From contig CAZVQU010000001.1 of the NCBI GenBank assembly GCA_964629655.1, positions 356,056 to 420,055 on the forward strand: 64,000 nt of DNA, in the 5' to 3' direction. This stretch comes from an uncultured Planctomycetia bacterium. Lineage in GTDB: Bacteria > Omnitrophota > Gorgyraeia > Duberdicusellales > 4484-171. The position numbers were made by a program, and so were the translations under genes. Below the pieces are notes generated by a model. It saw only the letters and a program-made list of their open reading frames with translations. It searched no databases and had not been told where the DNA came from. This document shows, one piece after another, positions 47,133 through 57,097 of the stretch (positions are counted from its first letter, which is position 1; each line of letters begins with the position of its first letter).

Positions 47133-49277
47133 TTAGTATTCTGCCTTCGCTCCTTTATAAGTCTGATCAAAACCAGCACTTATATCCGGAAAGTCCTTTA
47201 AGGTAAATACAAACCAAAAACCAAAGTCCTTTCCTCCGCTCTGATGCCTATTCACATCTACACCGAAATCGAACCACCAGCAATGTAAATCCGATCTTAT
47301 TGAATATTGCTGGGTCTGAAAATCTCCGGTATTATACTCACATAGAGCATATCCTCTAAATTTCAGCTTAGGGGTAAGTTGGTAATTAAAATCAAATGTG
47401 CCTTGAGTGCTGCTTTGACGAGTGTATCGATTACCATAAGAAAAAGAATACTTCTGCTTCTCAACCTCTTCGCCCAATTCTATAACTTTCTCTCTTCCTG
47501 TAATCGTAAAATCAACATTAAATGAGGAAAATCTTCTGGTCTGAACATCAAAAGAAGTATCGGATGTCAGAGAGAACCCTTCCTTAGGATAAATTTCAAA
47601 ACTTCCGGTTATAGCATTAAAACGGCTAAAACTCCCCTCGGGATTAATAGTGTAGCTAACTGCCGGGCTAAAATATATAAAATCCCAGGTTCTCTCTTTG
47701 TTTCTAGCTTGTAATTTATTATTTAAGGTAAAAGTAACCAATTCGGCTCGAGTAAGACTATCATCGCCATCAAATTGGACAAGATTGTTATTAGAAACTG
47801 TAGGATCATGGACATAACTATAACTTATCTCCGGATTTAATATGTGACGCATTTGGTCTATTTCTTCGCCCAAAACATTCCAACCAGCATTATTAAAGTA
47901 TCTATAGAGTTTTGTACTCATAGTCATTCCAGCCTCAGGAGCTTCACGCCAAACATCATACTCATAGAAGCTATTTCGGGAATAAAAGGCCGAATAGGAA
48001 CCAACATAAGGATTTATGCTTAACCACTTTATCTTATCAATATAGCTTAAAACATTATGTGAATAAGCCCTAAAAGCCTTGCTGTAGACTTGAGTATTAG
48101 TTGTTCTGCTCTTTAAGAGTCCTGTTTTGCTATCCGACTCAAGATAAAAGTTAGTGGAGCCTAAGTTCTGTTTGAAGAAATTGTATTCTAATTGTGGTAA
48201 ATACTCCGTCTCGGAATCGAAGCGGTTTGCTCTTCTTTGCGTACGTAAAGATAAGGAAGAAGCAGGCAAGGTATATTGTATAAGATTATAGCTCTTAGTA
48301 TTCGGTGAAACCTCATACTCCTTCTCAAAAAAATCTTGCATAAAATATTGATCAGAAAACTTATTGAACTCACTGGTTATGGATAACTTATCATTAGGCT
48401 CCCACTGATGGGCAAGCTGTATTTTGTAACGGTCATCTTCCAAGCGTTTGGGTTCTTCACCACTTCTACCATACATATCTCCGAGCCTTTTTCTGCTATC
48501 CAATTTATAAAGATCATCAGCAATAGTGTAACAATTAATTAATGCATCCCCAAACTTTTCACTCTCTACCATATGGGTTACGCCAAACCCATAGCCTCTC
48601 TCTTCGTAGGTATCAATATGAATTTTACCTCTATTTTCATCATTTAAGTTATAACGCCAACGGCTCAAAAGAAACATCCCCCACTCGTTTTCCTTACCAG
48701 GAATTAGCTCTACCTTAAAAGCATTATCTTTTAAAGATTGAACAAAACGGGGGAAGTAAAAAATAGGAGTTGTTCCCACTCTCAAAACCATATTTCTGGC
48801 TATAATCTTATCTTCGGGATAAACAGTGACAGTTTTCGCTGTCAGCCGATAGTGCGGCACTTCTAAGTCACAAGTGGTCATATATGCTTTCTTCAGCACA
48901 TATTTTTCTTTCCCTACCTTAGCTCCTTCTTCGGCCTCTCCGTAAACCGGAGGGTCCTTAAGCCTTGCATTGACCATCTCGGCATTGTGGGTATTGAAGT
49001 TATAAACTACATCTCGACCATAAAGAATACTATCGCCCTTATTTATCCGCACATCCCCTTTTATGTGAGCAATACTGCTATTGGCATCATATAGAGCCTC
49101 CTGGCAGAAGAGCTCAGAACCTTCAGACTTTACCTCTACATTACCCTTGGCAAGAATCTTGCCCTTTTCCTTAAGATAGGTTATCTCATCACCATCAATA
49201 ACTACCGGCATTTTATCAGTCTCAGAAAAAGCACCCAGCGGTGCGAGAAGAAGGGAAAGCAGGATAATAAATCTCAT
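47133..49277 (-). CDS. lptD: LPS-assembly outer membrane protein LptD (OstA family)
   Basis: Signal peptide ([18 protein letters not shown]). OstA N-terminal domain (DGDEITY...KGNVEV...GDVRINKGD) and a large beta-barrel. Start set at the internal Met to avoid overlap with fsa. Confidence 0.7.
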   Translation of the reverse strand: MRFIILLSLLLAPLGAFSETDKMPVVIDGDEITYLKEKGKILAKGNVEVKSEGSELFCQEALYDANSSIAHIKGDVRINKGDSILYGRDVVYNFNTHNAEMVNARLKDPPVYGEAEEGAKVGKEKYVLKKAYMTTCDLEVPHYRLTAKTVTVYPEDKIIARNMVLRVGTTPIFYFPRFVQSLKDNAFKVELIPGKENEWGMFLLSRWRYNLNDENRGKIHIDTYEERGYGFGVTHMVESEKFGDALINCYTIADDLYKLDSRKRLGDMYGRSGEEPKRLEDDRYKIQLAHQWEPNDKLSITSEFNKFSDQYFMQDFFEKEYEVSPNTKSYNLIQYTLPASSLSLRTQRRANRFDSETEYLPQLEYNFFKQNLGSTNFYLESDSKTGLLKSRTTNTQVYSKAFRAYSHNVLSYIDKIKWLSINPYVGSYSAFYSRNSFYEYDVWREAPEAGMTMSTKLYRYFNNAGWNVLGEEIDQMRHILNPEISYSYVHDPTVSNNNLVQFDGDDSLTRAELVTFTLNNKLQARNKERTWDFIYFSPAVSYTINPEGSFSRFNAITGSFEIYPKEGFSLTSDTSFDVQTRRFSSFNVDFTITGREKVIELGEEVEKQKYSFSYGNRYTRQSSTQGTFDFNYQLTPKLKFRGYALCEYNTGDFQTQQYSIRSDLHCWWFDFGVDVNRHQSGGKDFGFWFVFTLKDFPDISAGFDQTYKGAKAEY

Positions 49278-49930
49278 TTCTTTAAGTTCGCTTTTAATTT
49301 TGCCCAATCATCTAAGAATCTATTCATACCCAAATCAGTTAAAGGATGTTTCATCAGCTTTTCAATCACAGCAAAAGGAACAGTTGCTATATCTGCCCCC
49401 AGACGGGCTGACTCTAGGAAATGAATTGGGTGACGAATTGAAGCAACAATTATCTGGGCAGAAATTCCGTAATTATCATAAATTTGCTTTATATCTGCTA
49501 TTAAGTTCATCCCTTCGGTAGAGATATCATCTAATCTACCGACAAAAGGAGAAACATAAGTTGCTCCGGCTTTAGCTACTAAGAGAGCTTGAGAGGAAGA
49601 AAAGCAGAGAGTAAGATTTGTCTTTATGCTTAAGGCACTGAGTTCTTTAGTTGCTCTTAGACCTTCAACAGTACAAGGAACCTTTATGACAATGTTTGAG
49701 GATATTTTCGCTAATTCCTTTGCCTCTGCCACCATCCCTTCACTATCTAAACTAGTAATCTCAGCACTAATCGGTCCCTTGACTACTTCACATATCTTCT
49801 TAAGCTGAGAACTAGGCTCAACTCCTTCCCTTGAAAGAAGAGTGGGATTTGTGGTTACCCCGTCTAAGACTCCATAAGAGTGGGCTTTTTTAATATCCTC
49901 TAAGTTAGCCGTATCGATGAACAATTTCAT
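49274..49930 (-). CDS. Fructose-6-phosphate aldolase / transaldolase (TalC/Fsa family)
   Basis: [15 protein letters not shown]...GVTTNPTL signature. 218 aa. Confidence 0.8.
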   Translation of the reverse strand: MKLFIDTANLEDIKKAHSYGVLDGVTTNPTLLSREGVEPSSQLKKICEVVKGPISAEITSLDSEGMVAEAKELAKISSNIVIKVPCTVEGLRATKELSALSIKTNLTLCFSSSQALLVAKAGATYVSPFVGRLDDISTEGMNLIADIKQIYDNYGISAQIIVASIRHPIHFLESARLGADIATVPFAVIEKLMKHPLTDLGMNRFLDDWAKLKANLKK

Positions 49931-49958
49931 GCTTCCTCCTGACTAGATAAATATAATG

Positions 49959-50858
49959 TTATAGATTTTCTTTGACTAAAAGGGATGCTCCAATTATACC
50001 AGCATTTGAGAGCTTTGCCCTTACTAATTTTACGCCTAAATTTTGGGGCCACATTACTTGCTTTTTTATTTCTTTGGCAACTAATGGTTTAAATAATTTG
50101 AATGCTCCTGATACTCCTCCGCCAAATATAATAACTTGGGGATTAAATACATTTATCATTCCTGCCAAAAATTTTCCTAGATTATGGGAAAACTCATTCC
50201 AAACGATCAACGCCTCGGCCTCTTTGGCTAAACCTCTTTGGAAGAGTTGTTTTACTTCTTTTACTCTTGTTTTATTCTTCTTCAAACGCGTATAATGCGA
50301 AAGCAGATAGCGGTTGCCAACATAAGTTTCGATACAGCCCCGGCCTCCGCAACCGCAAAGCTTGCCCTTTAGATTTATCGGCACATGTCCTAACTCGGTA
50401 GCACTGGTCTTACCTTCAAGAAGCTTACCACCGCAGATCACTGCGCCTCCTAAGCCTGTACCTAGAGTTAAGAATATAGCTCTTCTTTTACCCTTGGCTG
50501 CACCAAAACGGGCTTCAGCCAAAGCAAAAGCATTCGCATCATTGTCGATGGACACCGGAAGTTTTAAGTTCTTTTTAAGTACACTCTGTAAGGGATACTT
50601 TTCCCATCCGGGAATATTCGGCAGATAGTAGATAAAACCTTTTTCTACGTCAACTATTCCTGGTACTCCGATGCCTACGCCTCTTATAGTAAAGGAAGAA
50701 AAACCTTTGAGAAGTGTCTTGAGATTCTTTATGAAGACTTGCTTTTGCCTAAGTTGGCTTGAACAGTAAACTTTCTTCTTTACTATCCTTCCCCGGCTAT
50801 CAACTAAACCTGCTTTTAAGTAAGTTCCTCCCCAATCAATACCTAAGAATACCTGCAT
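49959..50858 (-). CDS. ROK-family sugar kinase (glucokinase-like)
   Basis: LGIDWGGTYLKAG...DNDANAFALAE...C-x-CGxxGC zinc motif (CGCGGRGCIE). 299 aa. Confidence 0.7.
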   Translation of the reverse strand: MQVFLGIDWGGTYLKAGLVDSRGRIVKKKVYCSSQLRQKQVFIKNLKTLLKGFSSFTIRGVGIGVPGIVDVEKGFIYYLPNIPGWEKYPLQSVLKKNLKLPVSIDNDANAFALAEARFGAAKGKRRAIFLTLGTGLGGAVICGGKLLEGKTSATELGHVPINLKGKLCGCGGRGCIETYVGNRYLLSHYTRLKKNKTRVKEVKQLFQRGLAKEAEALIVWNEFSHNLGKFLAGMINVFNPQVIIFGGGVSGAFKLFKPLVAKEIKKQVMWPQNLGVKLVRAKLSNAGIIGASLLVKENL

Positions 50859-50900
50859 AATCCTATTGTAGCGAATAATCCTTATTTTTCAACTCAAAAA

Positions 50901-50978
50901 TGGTCGGGAGGGCGGGACTTGAACCCGCGGCCTCTTCGTCCCGAACGAAGCGCGCTAGCCAAACTGCGCTACCCCCCG
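50901..50978 (-). tRNA. tRNA-Pro (anticodon CGG), CCA encoded
   Basis: Hand-folded cloverleaf: acceptor CGGGGGG/CCTCCCG with one G-U, D-arm, anticodon stem CTTCG/CGAAG with loop TTCGGGA, T-arm GCGGG-TTCAAGT-CCCGC, 3' ACCA. Confidence 0.8.
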
Positions 50979-51547
50979 TTCTTCTGCTTAAGAAGATAAT
51001 CAAACTCTATATTTAAGAAGTCGCCTATTCTTTTATACCTTATAGTAGTATTCTCGTAAGTGAAAGGAACGATATCAACAGTAAATGTCCGGGGGAGAAG
51101 TTTTTTTATGGTAAGAGAGATTCCCTCTATTGCGATTGATCCATTAGCCAACACATTTTTTCTAAACATAGAAGGTAAATCTATCTCTAATTGCCAATGG
51201 CCGGATTTTTTAATCAGTCTTCTTAATTTCAACTCGGTATCAATATGGCCTAAGACAAAATGTCCTCCTACTTTTTCTCCTAAACTTAAAGCCGGTTCTA
51301 GATTTACATAGTCGCCTTTTTTGAGTCGTTTAAGATTAGTATTCTTTAGGGTAGAACTTATTGCATCAAAGAAAAAAGAATTCTTGTCCTTTGAGGATAA
51401 AGTAAGGCAGACTCCGTTTACCGAAATGCTATCTGAGAGATTAGCTGCGCCTAAAACAACACTAGACTCTACTCCTAAGTTTATAGAAGAGCTTCCCTTA
51501 GTAATCTTTTTAACCTTACCGATTTCTCTTACTATTCCTGTAAACAT
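50969..51547 (-). CDS. ribE: Riboflavin synthase alpha chain
   Basis: MFTGIV N-terminus and two lumazine-binding repeats. 192 aa. The 3' end overlaps the tRNA-Pro 5' end by 10 nt. Confidence 0.8.
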   Translation of the reverse strand: MFTGIVREIGKVKKITKGSSSINLGVESSVVLGAANLSDSISVNGVCLTLSSKDKNSFFFDAISSTLKNTNLKRLKKGDYVNLEPALSLGEKVGGHFVLGHIDTELKLRRLIKKSGHWQLEIDLPSMFRKNVLANGSIAIEGISLTIKKLLPRTFTVDIVPFTYENTTIRYKRIGDFLNIEFDYLLKQKNGG

Positions 51548-51696
51548 AAGGGGATTATATCATAGAGAGGATAAAAATCTATAAAGAAATAGCTCTTACG
51601 AATACGATAAATATTGAATATTGTAGCAGCATAAAACCCTCTGCTCCAAGCCCTTGTATCTTTTAGCTAAAGTAACTAGCTCCTTAAATGAAGACA

Positions 51697-51727
51697 CCCC
51701 GCGCTTTTCGGCGCGGGGTTTATATTC
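51697..51727 (+). terminator. GC-rich hairpin plus T-tract, oriented for the plus strand
   Basis: CCCCGCGC-ttttcg-GCGCGGGG perfect 8-bp stem followed by TTTATATT. On the minus strand the hairpin is followed by no U-tract. Confidence 0.45.
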
Positions 51728-51759
51728 TCAAGGTGTTTTCTTTTACCTTCGTAAAACTC

Positions 51760-51825
51760 TTATTTCTTTTTCTTCTTTGCTACTTTCTTCTTTGCTGCTT
51801 TTTTCTTTGCTTTCTTCTTTGCCAT
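51760..51825 (-). CDS. Lys-rich 21-codon micro-ORF (MAKKKAKKKAAKKKVAKKKKK)
   Basis: ATG preceded by AGGAGG at 7-nt spacing and a near-consensus promoter 55 nt upstream. TAA stop. Too short for the ORF track. Confidence 0.35.
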   Translation of the reverse strand: MAKKKAKKKAAKKKVAKKKKK

Positions 51826-51875
51826 CTGTACACCTCCTATTATTTTTGCTCCCAACCCAATGCTGGGATACCCTC

Positions 51876-51910
51876 TATATCTAATTTACCAAAATTATCA
51901 GACTTGTCAA
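51876..51910 (-). promoter_or_regulatory. Sigma70-type promoter: TTGACA, 16-nt spacer, TGgTAAATT
   Basis: Perfect -35 hexamer (minus 51910-51905) and extended -10 (TG plus TAAATT, minus 51888-51883). Drives the micro-ORF and possibly ribE. Confidence 0.5.
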
Positions 51911-52022
51911 TACTTTTTCACATTTTTTTTGAAATTTTTTCAATGAGACTTATGTTTTTAAAAATAAATTAAAAACATTTAGTCGAATTGGTCTCGAGCG
52001 TAGGCGAGGGATCTAAAGTGGC

Positions 52023-52304
52023 TTATTTGGCTTTAAGGCTAGAAGGTACTCTTACTTTCTTGGCTTTGCTCCATAGATGTTCGAGGTTATAAAATTCTCG
52101 TGCCTCTTCAATGAATATGTGAAGAATGACATCGAAAAGGTCAACAAGCATCCAGCGTGAAGATTCATCGTATTGATGAGAACGAACTCCTATCTTTTCT
52201 TTCCTGCACAGCTTTACCGTCTCTTGGGCAATTGCATCTACTTGCCTTGATGACTCGGCGGAACAAATGACAAAATAATCACACAAACCGCTCTGGCTCC
52301 CCAC
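52023..52304 (-). CDS. rsfS: Ribosomal silencing factor RsfS (Iojap family)
   Basis: DYFVICSAESSRQVDAIA...LVDLFDVILHIFIEEAREFYNLEHLW Iojap motifs. The in-frame open sequence extends to about 52415 with no ATG, so the true N-terminus may use a non-ATG start upstream of the listed GTG. Confidence 0.7.
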   Translation of the reverse strand: MGSQSGLCDYFVICSAESSRQVDAIAQETVKLCRKEKIGVRSHQYDESSRWMLVDLFDVILHIFIEEAREFYNLEHLWSKAKKVRVPSSLKAK

Positions 52305-52389
52305 ATCTAAGACAACTACATCTCTGGCTTTTCTGGCTAAGATAAACTCTACTACCTTTAAGGCTTTTACCTTACTGGCTATAGGCTTT

Positions 52390-53667
52390 TTAGGAATGAG
52401 AAACCCCCTTCTTTGCTATTTTTCTTATTAGCTCCTCAGACCCATCCTTAATGTTACCGACATAAGAAATACGCATATTCTTAAATTTGAATATATCTTT
52501 AGCTAGGCTCTTGATATCTCTTGGGTTGATAGTCTCGACTTTTTCTTTAATCTGATTAAAGCTATAGATCTTATCCAGAGTTAAAAAACTCTCAGCAAGA
52601 TAAAACATTCGGCCCTGAGGACGCTCTAAACTCATCGCCACTTGCCCAAGAAAATAATCTTTCGCTCGGGATAACTCGCGGCTGGAAACTTCTTTTCTCT
52701 TTATCTTATCTAGCTCTCTAAGAAGGGTACCTAGAGCTACGGTTAACTTACTCTTATCCAACCCCAGGTGTATTGAGAAGGCGCCGCTATCTCTATACTT
52801 TCTAATCTCAGTAGAAATATCATAGCATAAAGATCTTTTCTCCCTTAGCTCTTCAAATAAACGGCTACTCATATTGGCGCCTAAAATCACATTTAGCAGT
52901 TGCGCAGTTACCCTCTTCTGGCTTTGATAGGAGATACTTTGAAAACCTAAACAAAGATGTGACTGCTCAAGACTCTTTTTTTCACACTTAACTTCCAGGC
53001 CCTGGCAAAGAGAAGGGCTAGAGCACCTAAGGTTAACTTTCTGTTTAGCTTTTCTTATCTTCTTAGTCAATAAATCGACTATTCTGTCTTTATCGTATGC
53101 TCCGCTAAAAGAAATAACTATATTAGAAGGTGTATAGTATTGTTTCCGAAAATTGTCTAGGTCCCTGCGGCCTATTCCTTTAACTGTAGCTACCTGCCCT
53201 ATAATCTCCTCACCCAAAGGGTGATTCTTCCAAAGTAAGTGGTCTAAGAGCGTGCCGGCCCGCGAAGAAGGAAGATCATTATACATCTTTATCTCTTCTA
53301 AAATTACATTCCTTTCTTTGTTAACCTCTGCCTCCTTTAGCAAGGGATTAAATACCATATCAAGAAGGATATCTAAAGCTCGGGGAAGATTTTTATTTAG
53401 AAAGTGTGCATAATAAGCAGTTATCTCCTGGGCAGTGAAAGCATTTAGAGAACCTCCTCTACCCTCAATCTCTCTTTTTATCTGCCGATGCGAATAGCTT
53501 CGACTCCCTTTAAAAAGCATATGCTCCAAGAAATGAGCAATACCTTTTACCTTTCTGTCCTCAAAACGAGCTCCGCCCCGCAAAAATACTCCTAAAGATG
53601 CAGTCTCTATATTTTGAAATGGTGAGAATATGAAATCTGCACCATTAATATTTATTACTTCATGCAT
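52390..53667 (-). CDS. M16-family zinc peptidase (insulinase/pitrilysin-like)
   Basis: Inverted zincin HFLEHMLFKGS plus downstream Glu. 425 aa. Confidence 0.75.
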   Translation of the reverse strand: MHEVININGADFIFSPFQNIETASLGVFLRGGARFEDRKVKGIAHFLEHMLFKGSRSYSHRQIKREIEGRGGSLNAFTAQEITAYYAHFLNKNLPRALDILLDMVFNPLLKEAEVNKERNVILEEIKMYNDLPSSRAGTLLDHLLWKNHPLGEEIIGQVATVKGIGRRDLDNFRKQYYTPSNIVISFSGAYDKDRIVDLLTKKIRKAKQKVNLRCSSPSLCQGLEVKCEKKSLEQSHLCLGFQSISYQSQKRVTAQLLNVILGANMSSRLFEELREKRSLCYDISTEIRKYRDSGAFSIHLGLDKSKLTVALGTLLRELDKIKRKEVSSRELSRAKDYFLGQVAMSLERPQGRMFYLAESFLTLDKIYSFNQIKEKVETINPRDIKSLAKDIFKFKNMRISYVGNIKDGSEELIRKIAKKGVSHS

Positions 53668-53707
53668 GGTTTTATTGAATATGGATTAGCAAAAGGAGTG
53701 ACCCCTA

Positions 53708-54496
53708 TCATCTACCCTTTAATGATCTTACGTAATCTTTAAGTTTTCCTAAGAAATCTTTTTCTCGATGGTGTGCTTCTATAAACTTTACCACACTGCT
53801 GCCAACAATTACTCCATCACTAAAGGTATTGATTTTGGCAACCTGCTTCTTACTGTGAATACCAAAGCCTACGCATACAGGCACCTCGGTTATTCGTTTT
53901 ATACTCTTAACATGGGATGCTAGCGAGGCATATTTCAAATCTTTAGGGCCGGTTATACCAGTTACCGATATATAATAAATAAACCCTCGAGATTTCTTTG
54001 CTATTTTCTTAATCCGTTTAGCTGAAGTAACCGGCGTAACAAAAAAAATAGTATCTATATTGAATTTCCTGGCTTCTTTTATATATTCAACACCTTCTTC
54101 TATCGGCAAGTCGACGTTTATCAAAGCACTCGCACCTAGTTGTTTCGTTTTTTTAAGAAATTTTTCCAAACCAAACTTAAAGATAGGGTTGTAGTAAGAC
54201 ATGACTGCTACAGGAATTTTTAAAGATTGTTTTAGCCTTGATAGTTCTTTAAAAAAATTATCTAGATTTGCTCCTTTTGACAATGCAGCAGTAGTTGCTT
54301 TTTGGATAATCGGGCCATCAGCCAAAGGGTCTGAGAAAGGAATACCTAACTCAATTACATCTACTCCGGCTTCCTGTAGACTCAAGCAAATACCTTTGGT
54401 AGCTTTGATGCTGGGAAAACCAAAAGGAACATAAACGATAAAAGCCTTTTTTTTCTTTTTCCTTAGCTCTTTGAATTTATCTACTAGCCTAATCAT
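53708..54496 (-). CDS. trpA: Tryptophan synthase alpha chain
   Basis: TrpA TIM-barrel motifs (ELGIPFSDPLADGP...GFGI). 262 aa. Confidence 0.8.
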   Translation of the reverse strand: MIRLVDKFKELRKKKKKAFIVYVPFGFPSIKATKGICLSLQEAGVDVIELGIPFSDPLADGPIIQKATTAALSKGANLDNFFKELSRLKQSLKIPVAVMSYYNPIFKFGLEKFLKKTKQLGASALINVDLPIEEGVEYIKEARKFNIDTIFFVTPVTSAKRIKKIAKKSRGFIYYISVTGITGPKDLKYASLASHVKSIKRITEVPVCVGFGIHSKKQVAKINTFSDGVIVGSSVVKFIEAHHREKDFLGKLKDYVRSLKGR

Positions 54497-54497
54497 C

Positions 54498-55676
54498 TTA
54501 TTTTATTGCCTTATGCTTATTAATGATCTCTAGATCCTTATCGCCTCTTCCCGAGAGACAAACTAAAGCTGTCTTGCCCTTCCCTCTTTTAGCCAGTTTC
54601 TTTAAGTAATAGATAGCATGGGAAGTCTCAAGAGCCGGGATTATTCCCTCAAGCTCTGAAAGCATCTTAAATCCTTCTATCGCCTCTTTATCACTTACCG
54701 CTACGTACTCAGCCCTCTTGGTTACCTTATAAAAAGAGTGCTCAGGCCCTACCCCGGGATAATCTAAACCCGGCGCTATAGAATGGGCATTCTTTATCTG
54801 GCCAAATTTATCCTGTAAAACATAGGATTTTGAACCTTGGAATACTCCCGGTTGGCCTTTAAGCAAAGAGGCTGCATTATAGGAACCCAGCCCGAACCCA
54901 GCAGCTTCAACACCAATAAATTTAACCTTTTTATCTCTATAAAAAGGGGAAAAAAGCCCCATGGAATTACTTCCTCCGCCAACACAAGCAACCAAATAAT
55001 CAGGAAGTTTTCCTCCCTTATTTAAGATTTGTGTTCTTGATTCTCCTCCGATAACAGCCTGAAAATCCCTAACAATCATCGGGTAAGGATGAGGGCCGAC
55101 AACTGAACCAAGAAGATAATATGTGCCGCGTACATTTGTTACCCAATCTCTAAAAGCTTCGTTGCAAGCGTCTTTCAAAGTCTTAGAACCACTTTTAACC
55201 GGGACTACTCTTGCCCCTAAAATCTTCATCCGGAATACATTCATGCTCTGCCTAGCTACGTCTTCTTGACCCATATAGATATCACACTCTAAACCCAGAA
55301 GACTAGCAATAGTAGCTACGGCAACTCCATGTTGGCCAGCTCCAGTCTCAGCGATTATTCTCTTCTTGCCCATAAACTCTGCCAAGAAACCTTGGCCTAA
55401 AGAATTATTTATCTTATGGGCACCGGTATGAAGAAGGTCTTCTCTTTTAAGGTAAACTTTAATCCCCAAATATTTACTTAAATTCTCGGCAAAATAAAGA
55501 GAGGAAGGTCTGCCGGCGTATTCACGAAGATAAAAATCTAACCTTTTTTTAAACTTCTTATCCTTTTTAGCCTTACTATATGCTTTCTCCAGTTCCTCTA
55601 AACACAGAGAAATAGTCTCAGGGATAAACTTTCCACCGAAGGCTCCAAAATATCCTCTTCTGTCAGGCAGTTTCAT
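54498..55676 (-). CDS. trpB: Tryptophan synthase beta chain
   Basis: PLP-fold motifs (HTGAHKINN...GGGSN). 392 aa. Confidence 0.85.
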   Translation of the reverse strand: MKLPDRRGYFGAFGGKFIPETISLCLEELEKAYSKAKKDKKFKKRLDFYLREYAGRPSSLYFAENLSKYLGIKVYLKREDLLHTGAHKINNSLGQGFLAEFMGKKRIIAETGAGQHGVAVATIASLLGLECDIYMGQEDVARQSMNVFRMKILGARVVPVKSGSKTLKDACNEAFRDWVTNVRGTYYLLGSVVGPHPYPMIVRDFQAVIGGESRTQILNKGGKLPDYLVACVGGGSNSMGLFSPFYRDKKVKFIGVEAAGFGLGSYNAASLLKGQPGVFQGSKSYVLQDKFGQIKNAHSIAPGLDYPGVGPEHSFYKVTKRAEYVAVSDKEAIEGFKMLSELEGIIPALETSHAIYYLKKLAKRGKGKTALVCLSGRGDKDLEIINKHKAIK

Positions 55677-56293
55677 ATTTTTACCTTGTTTATGAATGTC
55701 TTTATTAACTGGCTGTCTTTTTTGCCGACCATGCTTTCTAGGCCACTAGCCACATCTAAAGCATAAGGCTTTAGTTTCTTAGCATTACCTACATTGTTTA
55801 TGCTAAGGCCACCGGATATGATAACTCTTTTGCCATTTTTTATAAGGCCGGTTACCTCTCTCAAGGCTTCAGCTGGCAACATTTTTTTACCTTTTGTCTT
55901 TTGCTCATAGTTCATATCAAACATAAAAGCGTCGATTTTGTAGCGTGAGATTTTTCCCTCATAAGGACTATCCTCAGGAAAAAATACCTTTATAACTTTA
56001 AACCTTGGTTTAAAGAAGTGACAATATGCCGGAGCTTCTCTTCCGTGAAATTGCAAAATATCGAGGTGGAGAGAAGAGGCAATATCTAGAACCTCTTGTT
56101 TTTCTTGGTCGAGGAAAACACCTACTTTAGCCAAAAAAGGGTCTAAGTGCTGAATGATTTCCCCAGCTTTCCTTTTATTAATGTAACGCGGGCTTTTCTT
56201 TGAAAAGATAAATCCTAAGGCGTCAGCGCCAGCAGAAGAAGCTAGGAGAGCGTCTTCTAAATTAGTGATGCCACAAATCTTTACTTTCATCAT
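55673..56293 (-). CDS. trpF: Phosphoribosylanthranilate isomerase
   Basis: KICGIT...ADALGFIF...TrpF barrel. 206 aa. Confidence 0.75.
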   Translation of the reverse strand: MMKVKICGITNLEDALLASSAGADALGFIFSKKSPRYINKRKAGEIIQHLDPFLAKVGVFLDQEKQEVLDIASSLHLDILQFHGREAPAYCHFFKPRFKVIKVFFPEDSPYEGKISRYKIDAFMFDMNYEQKTKGKKMLPAEALREVTGLIKNGKRVIISGGLSINNVGNAKKLKPYALDVASGLESMVGKKDSQLIKTFINKVKI

Positions 56294-56311
56294 TCTCCAA
56301 TACAGGATTAA

Positions 56312-57097
56312 TTACTTGCCGGCGTCAATATTCAGTTCTTTTATTTTTTCCTCAAGATTATTTGCCTTCATCAGGGCTTCTCCGATAAGCACTGCATTTG
56401 CTCCTAAACCTTTTAGAAGCAAAACATCTTTTAAGGTTCCTATCCCGCTTTCGCTAACTTTGACTATATCTTCGGGAATAAACGGAAGAAGTTTTTTTGT
56501 CCGTTGGAGATTAACTTGAAACGTATGCAGGTTACGGCTATTTATTCCAATAATATCTACGCCTATCTTAAGAACTTTTTTCAATTCCTTCTCGGTGTGC
56601 ACTTCAACCAAAACATCCATACCCAAATCCTTGGCTACCTTGTAAAGGTTTTTTATTTTCTCCTCATCTAAAACACCCATTATAAGTAAGATCGCATCAG
56701 CCCCTGCTGCTCTTGACTCTAGAACCTGAACTTCATCGAGTATGAAATCCTTACGCAATATGGGTAAATTGACCCGTTTCTTAATTTCTCCAATATAATT
56801 AATCTTTCCTAAAAAGAAATCTTCCTCGGTAACTACTGATATAGCACTAGCCTTTAATCTCTTAAATGTTTTGGCTAGATCTAGGTGAGAAAAGCCCTTA
56901 CGCAATACTCCTGCCGAAGGCGAAGCTTGTTTTACCTCCGCAATAAGGGAGATTTTTCCTTCTCTATTTATGGCATTTTTAAAAGATACCGGGGCCGGAG
57001 CTTTTTTTATTAAAGAGAGAAAAGCTTGACGGTTCTTTTTTAAAACTTTAACCCGTTTTTTCTTAGCATCTAGAATAAGTGAGAGTACTTCATGCAT
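56312..57097 (-). CDS. trpC: Indole-3-glycerol phosphate synthase
   Basis: IAEVKQASPSAG...ILRKDFI motifs. 261 aa. Confidence 0.8.
   Translation of the reverse strand: MHEVLSLILDAKKKRVKVLKKNRQAFLSLIKKAPAPVSFKNAINREGKISLIAEVKQASPSAGVLRKGFSHLDLAKTFKRLKASAISVVTEEDFFLGKINYIGEIKKRVNLPILRKDFILDEVQVLESRAAGADAILLIMGVLDEEKIKNLYKVAKDLGMDVLVEVHTEKELKKVLKIGVDIIGINSRNLHTFQVNLQRTKKLLPFIPEDIVKVSESGIGTLKDVLLLKGLGANAVLIGEALMKANNLEEKIKELNIDAGK

Noticed and set aside
51548-51760. FMN riboswitch upstream of ribE
   Set aside because: I looked for the conserved FMN-aptamer segments (GGAUAG...GCCCGG...CCGACAG type) between the micro-ORF and ribE and did not see them. The region instead holds the GC hairpin and AT-rich sequence.
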